From: Gammaproteobacteria bacterium
GTDB taxonomy: Bacteria > Pseudomonadota > Gammaproteobacteria > JBCCGL01
DNA: 64,000 nt
Direction: 5' to 3'
Assembly (NCBI GenBank): GCA_965277715.1
Contig: OZ255836.1
Location: 224,001 to 288,000 of the forward strand
The translations under genes were made by a program, and so were the position numbers. Positions within the stretch are counted from its first letter, which is position 1; every line of letters starts with the position of its first letter. This document shows positions 31,862-42,353 of this stretch, piece after piece. Below the pieces are notes generated by a model, which saw only the letters and a list, made by a program, of their open reading frames with translations, had not been told where the DNA came from and made no database searches.

Positions 31862-32271
31862 TGTTTACGTGGTTTATAGATTATGTTTATGCAGGATTGA
31901 TAATCCTTATTGTGGTTTTTTCTCCTTTTTTTATATGGATTATGCTAAGAAAAAATCTTGAATTTTTTATAAAAGCTAAAGTGGTTTTTGTTGCTTTAAT
32001 TTTTAGTTTTTTGATGACTATATTGCTTCTTTTTTTAAAAGATTTTCATATAGATGTGATTAGAAATATATGTTTTGATTGGCCGTTAATAGAATATAAA
32101 AGTAAGGATATACCTAGTGCTTGCTATGATTTTGATAATAATAAGTATATGGGTATAGGTTGGCCATTGGCAGCGATTTTTTATACAGTTGTTGGATTTA
32201 TTTATATGCTAATGATATATATTTTATGGGTCTTTGCTGATTTTTATAAACATAAAAATTGGCGCATGTGA
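31861..32271 (+). CDS. putative membrane immunity protein 5
   Basis: Start overlaps toxin stop; three hydrophobic segments with a Cys-pair loop. Confidence 0.7.
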   Translation: MFTWFIDYVYAGLIILIVVFSPFFIWIMLRKNLEFFIKAKVVFVALIFSFLMTILLLFLKDFHIDVIRNICFDWPLIEYKSKDIPSACYDFDNNKYMGIGWPLAAIFYTVVGFIYMLMIYILWVFADFYKHKNWRM

Positions 32272-32481
32272 GTGGGTGTGACTGGAGACATTGGCTGCAA
32301 ACTAATTAGGACAGGCATCGATAGAGATGACAGCTTTATCGTAGAAGAAAGCAGCTCTCCAGTCGGCCATGACTTGTCTGACTCAATTTGTAATGGTCAA
32401 GTATTTCTGTAGTGACTCTAAGCCACATTGAGTAATTTCTGCCTTTTCATTGCTGGTGTCAGGCATCGAGAAAAGGGGCCA

Positions 32482-33456
32482 TATATGGACCCGCAGTTAA
32501 ATTCAACAATTTTTTAATCGTTCATTCATTTTTTAGCGTTCAGAGCAGACATAGTAAATAAGGTTAGCAGTCATATATCCGGCTTCTCGATAGAACGGAT
32601 TGTATTTGTTTATCCGTCCAGAACCATAATGGGAACCGCGCTCAGACACCTCATCAAGCAATCGGTCTGTGAAGACCATGACCCCTCCAGGTTCTGTCTT
32701 AGCCGGTTTAACCTGTTATACCCTTTACTGCTCTTTCGCTACCTCGTGGTAAGAAATCTTCAACGATGTTATTAAACTGTTTTATGCACGTAAGTTGTAT
32801 TATTAGCCGCCACCGCCCAGCTAATTCTGGCGAGCTTATTGGCCAATGCCACCGCCGCCACACAATGGCCCCGACGTGCTTTGACACGACAGGCCCAACG
32901 ACTTAGCCCATCATCGTGTTTAGGCATTCGACTTAATGCCGCTTGCGCCCCCTGTATCAACAAAGTGCGCACGTGTTCGTCCCCGCGTTTACTGATACCT
33001 TTTAGTTGCGTTTTGCCCCCCGAACTATATTGACGAGGAACGAGACCCAAAAAGGCGGAAAACTCACACCCATTTTTATAAAAACCCGGATCGCCCATTG
33101 CTGTAAACAAGGCAGTGGCGACCAGAGGCCCTACACCCGGCAGTGTTTTTAATTGCTGACAGCGCTCATGCTGGTTGCTCAACTGGGTTAACCGTTTTGT
33201 GTAGTGTGTTACGCGTTTATCAATCGCCACTAGTTCATCATACAAAGAACTGAACACTTCACGTGCTGTGGCTGAACCGTGTTTATTAGCACCACACACT
33301 TGAAAAATAGTTTTGGCTAGATCAATACCCAATCGGGTGATATTCTCGTTCATGGACTCGCTCCTACCTTTATTAGGTGATAATAGATTGGTTGTGTTAC
33401 CGCTCAATCTTGGCACATTGTGATGCCGGTTCAAAGGGAGCGGGTCCATCCCATCA
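32482..33456 (-). mobile_element. IS110 family, IS1111 group, copy 1 (444-bp in-frame deletion in transposase)
   Basis: Near-identical to 59874-61293 but lacking 60055-60498; sub-terminal IRs ATGGACCCGC; GIDLAK, GLVPRQYSSGGK. Confidence 0.92.
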
Positions 33457-33559
33457 GGCATAGACTGACCCCCGGCGCTCACGTTGTTCGCTTGTGCCCC
33501 CGAGCCAGTGTCCGCTGCGCCGCATAATCAGTCGTTATGTTAAATGGCCGGTCGCTATC

Positions 33560-33920
33560 GCTCCATAAGGTGTGCTGCGCACTGCGCACGGTCTCTTGCG
33601 CCGCTGTCGCGCGCCAGAGCCGTGCTGTTTTTAAAGAGCCCGCCCACCCCGGTCAGCTAAAGGGCGCTCCAGCCCGCACAAAAAGCGTGCGTTCTTCCAT
33701 TTCCCCTTTAGCTGCCCTCCCTGAATCAGGTGGGTGTGGTGGACAAGGGCTGACTGCACATGCTGTCAGGTTAGCACCGTGCTCGAACCGTCAAGGCCAA
33801 GCCCTACGGGTTCTTCGCTCCACGGCGTTGCGCTGCGAAGCCTTGACAGTCCTGCGCGCGATGCAAGGGGTTTTGCATGTCCAGTCAGTCCTACTGGGCT
33901 GTCAACAGCCACAGGAGCAA
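33560..33920 (+). promoter_or_regulatory. structured leader resembling ssi/Frpo single-strand promoters of conjugative leading regions
   Basis: Hairpins CAGCTAAAGGG..CCCTTTAGCTG and GTCAAGGC..GCCTTGAC carrying TTGACA; GC-rich against AT-rich neighbours. Confidence 0.5.
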
Positions 33921-33926
33921 ATCAAC

Positions 33927-34160
33927 ATGAAACAGCGAATAACCATCGACCTACCCGACGAGTTTATCGCGTTGTGTCAAGCAGACGAAGTCGAGCCGGA
34001 ACGGGTGCTCAGGGGCTTCATTGCTGATCTATCTGGCATTATGAACTGGGCAAATGATCCCAGGGAAGACGGCTACTCAAGCCATGGCAGAGACGAGCGG
34101 ATGAAAGCTCGTGAGTATTATGATCGAGTCGGTTATCCGTACTGGAAGCAGTACAAGTAA
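33927..34160 (+). CDS. small hypothetical protein of mobile-element type
   Basis: AGGAG RBS, MKQRITIDLPDEF..GYSSHG.DER..YYDRVGY; followed by a terminator. Confidence 0.7.
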   Translation: MKQRITIDLPDEFIALCQADEVEPERVLRGFIADLSGIMNWANDPREDGYSSHGRDERMKAREYYDRVGYPYWKQYK

Positions 34161-34164
34161 TCCA

Positions 34165-34192
34165 TAAAGGCCGGTGCAATCCCGGCCTTTTA
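34165..34192. terminator. intrinsic terminator
   Basis: AAAGGCCGG-tgcaatc-CCGGCCTTTT. Confidence 0.75.
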
Positions 34193-34527
34193 GCGCGGCC
34201 TGATGGTTCAGAAAAAAGCGGCTAAAAACAGAAGCCTTCATGATCGTGCCGTCATCGCGTAAACTACCGGCCATGACGTATCCGATTCAATCCCTCCTTC
34301 AACTGAATGTCCCGCAGGTTCTCTGTCTGTGGCGGTTGACCTGGCTGTACCTGATGGCGGCTTCTATCCTGAAACAAAGTACCGCGCTGGTCGTATCGGT
34401 GCGAAAACCGCCTCAAGGGAAAAAATCGCCAGAACAGGATGGTATCAAGGAAAAGAGACGTTTAACGGATTGTTTTATCAAAGGAAAAGTGGGGTCGTTA
34501 CGAGGATGCACGTCAAGCGTACCCATC

Positions 34528-35010
34528 CTTGCAAACGGGGCACAAACCGCCGCTTTTGCACATTTTTTTAATGCGGAGATGAGTGCTCGGAGGGGCTCGG
34601 CTGACAAGGATCTTCGTGATGGAAGTGTACATGTGGACAAATCAAGACTAGAAGATATATATGAAACTGGGGAATGGGATACCATTGGAGCAGTGGGAGA
34701 TATTTTAGCATCGATAATGCAACGAGTTCCCCATCCTGAGATACAAGGAGCGGGCTATGCTTTAGATTTAGCAGATGTCTTATCGGTGCAATCTAGAATG
34801 GTAACAGTAGGGCAGGTTCGTTTAACAGAAACGTATTCCTATGACACATTGTATGACGCTACTGGTTCACCTAATAATCCTGATTTGTGGTCAGAAGTTC
34901 CAGGTTTTAGATCGGGAGGGAATTTAGTCAGCACAAAAAGAACAACGCTTTATCGCCGGACTGGAACTGAATATAGAACGTGTTTTGCTCAAAGCTTAGG
35001 ATGTTATTAA
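34528..35010 (+). pseudogene. orphan Rhs cassette 6 (junction + unrecognised tip)
   Basis: LANGAQTAAFAHFFNAE then about 140 aa of unique sequence. Confidence 0.75.
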
Positions 35011-35011
35011 T

Positions 35012-35535
35012 ATGTATGTCATGATATTCAAGGGCCTATTCTTTTCGTTTTTGGTTTCAATTTTGAGTTTAGTAATAGTGACTTACACTCCTATAGAACT
35101 AACCCAGAGAGAGCCGAGTAATATCTATTCACCATATTTGGATGAAATTAATGTAATACAAAAAAAAACGGAACAAGGCTTACATCCGTCATCACCTGAG
35201 TGGAAAAGGCTTGATGAGTTGATAGAAAAAAATAATCAGTGGCATGAACAAGATCACAATGAAAATTTTCAAAATACTACAATTAGCTTACGTGTTTCCT
35301 GGAAAAAGAAAAGCAACTATATGTCTCCTGTTATTATGTTGCTTTGGGTTTAGCATTTTATTATTTTTTTAAATCTCGTTCAGAAATTCAATTGCTTAGC
35401 GTTTTGATATTCCCTGTTATTTTATTAGTTACCCAATTGATGTCTATATTGCAAGTAGTGTTAATTGTGTTTGTTGTTTTATCAATCTTGTTTTGGAATA
35501 GGAAAAGAGCATCGACTGGGACAGGCATAGACTGA
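35012..35535 (+). pseudogene. putative membrane immunity protein 6, frameshifted near 35345
   Basis: Two overlapping hydrophobic ORFs 35012-35353 and 35344-35535 directly after the tip. Confidence 0.6.
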
Positions 35536-35556
35536 AGAGCAAAAGAGAGCAAAAGG

Positions 35557-37240
35557 AGCAAAAGGGGTCAAGGCAGAATGGCACTTCCTTAAGCTGTAAG
35601 TATTTGAAGTAATTACAAAAAAAGCTGGTTCTATGGTAGGTTATTTGTTGCCAACACAAATACCCTTTATCCCACAGGAACCAGCTATCATGCAGAGTAA
35701 TGTAAAAGTCAACATTCTTCAACGTCGCATCAAAAGCCGAGCTCAATCCTCGGATGCATTGAGTTTTTATCACTTGCTGACATCCTCTCAGTTACTTACG
35801 AAACTGGAAGAATTACAACCGGATTTTCGAGCGCGTCGCTATCCTCCTCTAGACACCTTATCGCTGTTTTTATACCAAACAATGAGTGCAGATCAGTCCT
35901 GCCAACAAGCTGTCAACACACTCGCTGTACAGCGATTAAGTGAAGGTTTATCAGTGAGTAATACGTATACAGGGAGTTAGTGTAAAGCGCGACAAAGGCT
36001 GCCAACCCCCCTCGTCTCAGGGCTTGCCCGTTGTACAGGCGAGTGTGTGGCGAATGAAGCGGCCAGTCACTGGCACTGGCAAGGGCGTTCAGTTAAATTG
36101 GTTGACGGCACTACTGTGACGATGCCCGATACGCCTGAAAATCAGGTAGTTTATCCACAACAGTCAGGCCAGCAAGTGGGGATCGGTTTTCCTCTTTGTC
36201 GCTGGGTAGGAATTATTTGTTTAGCCAGTGGTGGTGTTCTCGATGCGGCAATGGGTCCTTTTAAAGGTAAGGGAGCGGATGAGCAAACGTTATTGAGAAA
36301 AATACAAAATGCGCTTAAACCGGGTGATATTGTGGTGGGTGATGCCTATTTTGCGGGTTATTTTTTTCTAGCAAACCTTATAGAGCAAGGAGTAGACGGT
36401 GTATTTGAGCAGCATGGTGCGCGGCGTAAATCCACAGATTTTCGAAAAGGCAAAAAGCTTGGATCGAAGGATCATCTGATTTGTTATACAAAGCCCAAGA
36501 AAAGACCAGAGTGGATGAGCGAAGAAGCCTATGAAGCGGCGGCTGATGAAGTGGTTATACGTGAACTGAAAGTGGGTAAAAAACTGTTGGTGACAACGTT
36601 GTTATCAGTTAAATCGGCGTCTAAAGAGGCTCTTAAACAGCTCTACAAAGAACGCTGGCATGTCGAACTTGATTTACGCCATATAAAAACGACAATGAAG
36701 ATGCACACTTTCCGTTGTAAGACGCCAGAAATGGTTGAGAAGGAAATGTGGGTACACATATTAGCTTACAACCTTATTCGCTTATTAATGGCGCAATCTG
36801 CCTTACTAGTGGACATACTGCCTCGACAGATAAGTTTTAAGCATACGTTACAAATTTGGGTAGCGTATCGTTATCAGAAAGGCGGTAGCCCTCTGGGTAG
36901 TGATAAGGTGTTGGCGCTATGTGCGTTGATTGCAGAAAACTGTGTGGGTAATCGACCGGGGCGTATTGAACCAAGAGTGGTTAAACGAAGACCCAAACCA
37001 TATCCTTTATTGATGCAGCCAAGGGACGTGGCCAGAAGTGTTGTTAAAAAATATGGCCATCCCAAAAAACAGAAATAGGTCATTTACAATGAAAGTACTT
37101 CCATATTTTTCATGTACTTAGAGCTTAAGGAAGTGCCATTCGGGTCAAGGCAGTTATTTCCTATATTTCTTGCTGGAAACCACTGTTTTTATCCGTATTA
37201 GTCGTTGTATGGTGAATAATAAGCCTGACCCCCTTGCTTT
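35557..37240. repeat. ~105 bp GGGGTCA palindromic element, copy 1 (split by IS4-A)
   Basis: AGCAAAAGGGGTCAAGGCAGTTATTTCC...AATAATAAGCCTGACCCCCTTGCTT once the IS is removed; same body at 59781-59876. Confidence 0.85.
35576..37141 (+). mobile_element. IS4-family element A (transposase broken by TAG at 35978)
   Basis: IR GAATGGCACTTCCTTAAGCT; 11-bp target duplication GGGTCAAGGCA (35565-35575 / 37142-37152); LVDGTTVTMPDT, YKERWHVELDLR. Confidence 0.93.
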
Positions 37241-37243
37241 CTT

Positions 37244-37316
37244 TTAACTGAACCTCGTATCAAGGCCTCTCAGAGACTAAAAGATTCATTGGGTTAAACC
37301 TGAGGTAGCGGTATTG
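37244..37316 (+). mobile_element. isolated right end of IS4 element C
   Basis: Matches 42281-42353 (TTAACTGAACCTCG...GAGGTAGCGGTATTG). Confidence 0.9.
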
Positions 37317-37327
37317 CCCTCTGACCC

Positions 37328-38887
37328 CAATGGCACTAAGTTAAGCCGCTTTAGCTTGCCAATATTCAGTTTTTAAAACGTTCCTTGGTCGAGTCATTAA
37401 TGCCCGTGGTTTAGGTCGCCTTTTTACCACTCTTGGTTCAAATCTAAAAGGTCGATGAAGCACACGATCATCCGCAATCGCTGCATATAAATAATCAAGA
37501 TATTGCCGTCTTTTTTGTGCTGGACTCTGCCCACTACCAAGTGATGAAGTGCTTTGTCGGAGTGTTTGCAAAACACCTTTAAGACTTAGCCGATCAACCG
37601 GTGTGTCATGTCGGTATGAAGCGACACACATGATGTGCCTGATCGTGTTGTAAACAATCATGTGCATGATGATTTCCTTACGAACCATATCAGGTGTTTT
37701 ACAGCGTAATATATCCATACCCATGGTGGTTTTAATATTGCGAAAATACAGTTCCACATTCCAGCGCTGTGCATAGAGGTCGATAATTTCTATAGCGGGA
37801 TATTGCTGAGCATCAAGTAGTGTCGTGATGATATAAAAATGGTTCGTCCTAAATCCTTTTCGTACAATACTGACGTGTATTTGTCGTAAAGTTAAGGTCT
37901 TTGGAAGGTCGCTATGCTGCTCTTTTGTGTAACGGGTCGCTTTTGTGTGTTTAGGTTTTTGCCATTCAATATGAAGGTCATTATCGGCTATCTTCTTTTT
38001 GGCCTGGGAGGCAGTGCTGGGCGTTCTCCGCGCCAATGTAACGACACTGTCAACCGTTCGTCGAGAGAGGCAGTCAATATCGTAGAAGCTGCAAAAACCT
38101 TTATCACCTAAGAAAATGTCACCTTCATTGAAGGTATCCCATTGTTCTTCTAAAAGTCTTAGCTCATGACTTTTTTTATTTCCTAGTGCATAGCTCAGAA
38201 TTAAACCGCTATAAAGATTAAAACAAGCTAAAAGCCGTGCTTGAGGAAATCCGCATCCCTGTTTTTGTGATTTCGGTTGTGGGTAAGTTTGTTGATTCGC
38301 GGGCGTATCGGGCATGGATAGGCCTGTCCCATCGGCAACGATAACCGGTCGACCTTGGAGCGCTTTGGGTTGAGGTGGCGATAATCGACACGTCCCTGAA
38401 AATACGTTTTTAAGATCGTCCATGGGTAGTTTTTTACGTGCTTGGCAATAGGCGGAGGTGGATGATGAAGGTATGGGAATGCCTTGGTTGTGGGCGACAT
38501 TTTGCAGTTGTCTAACGACTTCTTTACAGCCACCATCGGCGTTCATTATTTGTGAAAAAAACAACCAGAAAGTATTTTCTTTACTGAAAATACGTCGACG
38601 ACTATTCACACCAAAATCATTCGGTTTAAGAATATTCGTGGGTATAATATCGCCAAGAAAAACAGGTAGTTCACTCAGTGATTTGTGACGTATTTTTGCT
38701 ATCTTATCGTGCAAGATTTGAATGGCTGAACGGGGTGTTTTGCGGAGTGTTTGGATGTTGAATCCGGGTAGAAATAAGGTTGTATTTTTCATACAAAATT
38801 ATAACATTTCAGCCTTTTTTATTGGGTTTATTACAGTTATTTTTTCGTTTATTTTACCCGCTAAAACCGCTTAACTTAGTGCCATTG
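37328..38887 (-). mobile_element. IS4-family element B (intact transposase 37341..38792)
   Basis: IR CAATGGCACTAAGTTAAGC; 11-bp duplication CCCTCTGACCC (37317-37327 / 38888-38898); VADGTGLSMPDT, YAQRWNVELYFR. Confidence 0.93.
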
Positions 38888-38912
38888 CCCTCTGACCCCC
38901 TTGCTTTCTTGC

Positions 38913-39965
38913 TTTTTTAAAAAAGCATTCGGGGGACTTGCGGGTCTTGTATTAGGGTTACCGGCGGCTTTGCAGCGACTTGAGAAGAAAGTTAAAAGAG
39001 CCGCTATTCGGGCTGTAGGTCCAAAAATTGCCAATCTCGCGGCGACAATTGGCTCAGCATTTTGTGGCCCTTTTGCGGCGCTGTATTATGCGGCGGCGCA
39101 ACACGACATAGCCAGAGCGTATGGGGCTTCGCCCTCGGAAGCCGCTAGAGGTGCCGCTGTAGTGGGAATAACGTATTATCTTGGGCAAGGCAACGGAGGA
39201 GATAGTGGGTGGTCGAACTTTGCCTATAAGGTTGCTGCCAGGGCAGGTCAAAATACGTTGAACGGAGGAGATGATGGTGGTTCGGGTGGTCGATCAACAA
39301 TTGCACAAGGAGGGCGGTTTGGTGCAGGATTTGTTACCTCATCCTTTGCAGACAGTGCGAAGCCGGTAAGTCTGAGTGTGGGTGGGAAATCGGCCACGAA
39401 TAGAATTCATCGGACGGTTGCGGCGGCGGTGGTTGGGGGGACGGCATCTAAGCTTGGTGGGGGTAAGTTTGCAAACGGGGCGCAGACCGCTGCGTTTGCG
39501 CATTTGTTGAATGCAGAGTTGAGTGCTCGGAAGGGAAGAGAAGCGGGTAAAGTATATGTAACAGGTCATAATGTCGGCGGCGTTGGCCCCGTGCATACGG
39601 CGATTGAATATACTGACGCTAATGGTGAAACTGTGACGTTTAGTGCTGGCCCTGACGGCGGATTATTGGTTAGTGACCTAAATCGATCATCAGATGCCCC
39701 CGCTAATAATTTTACTGTTGATTTGGTAACACTCCCTAAAGGTGCGACAGCTCAAAGTTATGTGAATAGCTTGAGGCAGGCTGATAGTGCTTATTGTGAT
39801 TGCGTTGATTACGACCTGTTTCCAGGGGTTGTAGACAGCTTCAATTCAAATAGTTATGTACGCGGTTTATTGAATGCTACTGGAGGTAGAACGTCTGTAA
39901 ATCTCGGCGACTATTATGGTGGTAACGATCCACTGCCTCGTCATCATTTCCAGTCTAGCCCATAG
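38913..39965 (+). pseudogene. orphan Rhs cassette 7: linker + permuted papain-like tip
   Basis: FFKKAFG linker shared with cassette 4, GGKFANGA junction, tip HTAIEY..YDLFP..NSNSYV..LL. Confidence 0.8.
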
Positions 39966-40514
39966 GTGAGTGGTATGAAAAGAACCGTTATCATTTGTAC
40001 AATCCTTCTATTTAGTGTTGGTTGCATGTCTAAATCGTTTGACTACAAGTACATCTCGCTAGAACAACTTGAAGGAATTGAGATTGTATCTCATGGAAAA
40101 TCTGAGTTATCACGCCTTAAATCAGATGATGATATGCCGACGCGTTATAAGCTATCTAGGAAAAATTATATTCTTATTTTTGAATTGGATAAAAAAAATC
40201 ATTGGCCATCAATTTTAGTTAGCTCGAAGTCTTTGAGTGGCGTTGGCCTTGTTATTGAAGCTATTACGGTAGGGGATTGCGGTGGTTTTGATGATTGGGG
40301 TGTGCAATACAAGGTAGATAACCTACAGGCTTTAAGATATGTGTGGTCACCTGCCTTTAGGCGAAATTGTAAAATGAGTGGCAATGAGGATTATCCTAGT
40401 CAGCAAGTGATTAGTTTTGTAGTGAAGGATCAAGAAGGTAAAGTGTTTGGCGAAGAAAGGTTGCCATTTGTTTTGATAAAAAATGGTACCTACTATGAAA
40501 AAGACAGCCTTTAG
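39966..40514 (+). CDS. putative lipoprotein immunity protein 7
   Basis: Adjacent to toxin stop; lipobox SVGC. Confidence 0.72.
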   Translation: MSGMKRTVIICTILLFSVGCMSKSFDYKYISLEQLEGIEIVSHGKSELSRLKSDDDMPTRYKLSRKNYILIFELDKKNHWPSILVSSKSLSGVGLVIEAITVGDCGGFDDWGVQYKVDNLQALRYVWSPAFRRNCKMSGNEDYPSQQVISFVVKDQEGKVFGEERLPFVLIKNGTYYEKDSL

Positions 40515-40824
40515 AAAAGAGAAACTAATTAGGAAAACTAATTAGGACAGGCATTGAGAGCAGGCATCGGCAGGCATCAGGACAGGCAGAGTAAAGACAT
40601 CGACTAGTTTTAGTGCCTGTTCGGAGGTTTTTTTGTTGGTTTGATGAGAGTGAATTCATCGAGCGTGCATCCATCGTTTAGCGTCATGCTTCAATAGCAT
40701 GCCGTCGATTAACGCCATAATGCCTGTCCTGTCCATTTCGGCGTCCATTGGCTCAGCGTTTAAAACCTTTCTTTTAGCGGCGGTTACTGGCGGATGTATT
40801 GAGAGAAGGGAAGGGGTCATATAT

Positions 40825-42353
40825 CAATACCGCTACCTCAGTCTGGTGAAGAACTAAAATAACGTTAAAAGTCATATAGATGGGTAACGTTAGGTTTCCT
40901 TTTGAAGTATCCTTGTAAGCGACAAAACACACAAGTACTTCGCCAAAAAACCTAACGCTGACCTATTCTATGAAATTCGCTATCCGACAGCAAATTAAAA
41001 CGATCAAATGTGTTTTTTTTCAGTTAAACACAGGAGACTTTAATAATTTACTCTGTTCCAAGCGTCTAAACGACCTAAGCGAACTATCGGGCAGCTATCG
41101 AGACCGGGTATTCACCCCACTTGTTACACTGCGTTTATTTCTCTGGCAGGTGTTAAGTGATAATGGCAGTTGTAAAGAAACAGTCGCCCGTCTGCTAGTT
41201 GATCGTTTACAGGAAAACCTGCTTCCAAGTTCTTTTAATAGCGGTCCTTACTGTAAAGCCCGTCAACGTTTATCTCTGTCGTGGGTACTTCAGGAGGTAC
41301 GTTCAATCGGTTCAACGTTACATGCCAGAGCAGGTAAAATTTGGACATGGAAAGGGTATAATGTGGTGCTTGTGGATGGAACCACTGTTCTCATGCCTGA
41401 TACCCAGAAAAATCAACATAAATACCCCCAGCAACAGACTCAAAAACCGGGTTTAGGTTTTCCTATTGCTCGAATAGTCGGACTCATTTCTTTAAGTTCT
41501 GGCGCTATTATTGATTATGCAATGGGAGAGTATCAAGGAAAGGGAACAGGGGAAATGTCATTATTCAGTACCCTGATGACGTCATTAACCGCCAATGATC
41601 TGTTACTGGCAGACCGCTATTACTGTACTTATGCTGTCTTAGCGGCTCTACAATCGAAAGGGGTTGCATTCGTCTCAATGAATCACGCACAAAAGAAAGC
41701 GGATTACAAAACAGGGTTAACGCTTGGTGCAAAAGATCATCTTATCGAGTGGGAAAAACCTAAAAGAAAACCGGTTTGGATGTCGCAATCAGACTTTGAT
41801 CTATTGCCGAAAACCCTGACAGTTCGAGAATTTTCAGTGGATGGGACAGTCTATGTTAGCACTTTGTTGGAGGTTGATACTTACCCTAAGAAAGAGCTTT
41901 CAACACTGTATAAGGAACGTTGGAAAGTTGAATTGGATTTTCGTACAATTAAAACAGATTTGAAAATGGATATGTTGCGATGCCATTCACCCGAGATGGT
42001 TGAAAAAGAAATAGCAACAACCTTTATGGCTTATAACCTGATTCGGGGTAGCATGGCAGAGTCAGCAAAAACAGAGGGTGAAATAGCACGTCAAATAAGT
42101 TTTAAGGCAACGGTACAGCTACTGGGTATTGCTCATATTAAATTCATCCATTCAACATCCAGTATGATACAAAAAGCGTACACTTCCTTATTAAGGATAA
42201 TCGCTTCAACGTTAATTGGCAGGAGAAAACGATCACCCCAACCAAGGGCAATTAAACGACGACCAAAAGCCTACCCACTGTTAACTGAACCTCGTATCAA
42301 GGCCTCTCAGAGACTAAAAGATTCATTGGGTTAAACCTGAGGTAGCGGTATTG
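40825..42353 (+). mobile_element. IS4-family element C (intact transposase 40970..42334)
   Basis: IR CAATACCGCTACCTCAG; LVDGTTVLMPDT, LADRYY, YKERWKVELDFR; flanks differ (no duplication). Confidence 0.93.

Noticed and set aside
33537-33926. 5' part of the 207-aa ORF, and similarly 34240-34527, 31322-31380 and 38901-38912
   Set aside because: Chance open frames through structured or foreign DNA fused to real coding segments
27290-40514. Array as a true integron
   Set aside because: No intact intI, and cassettes are not followed by attC sites; only one partial attC-like arm near 33540
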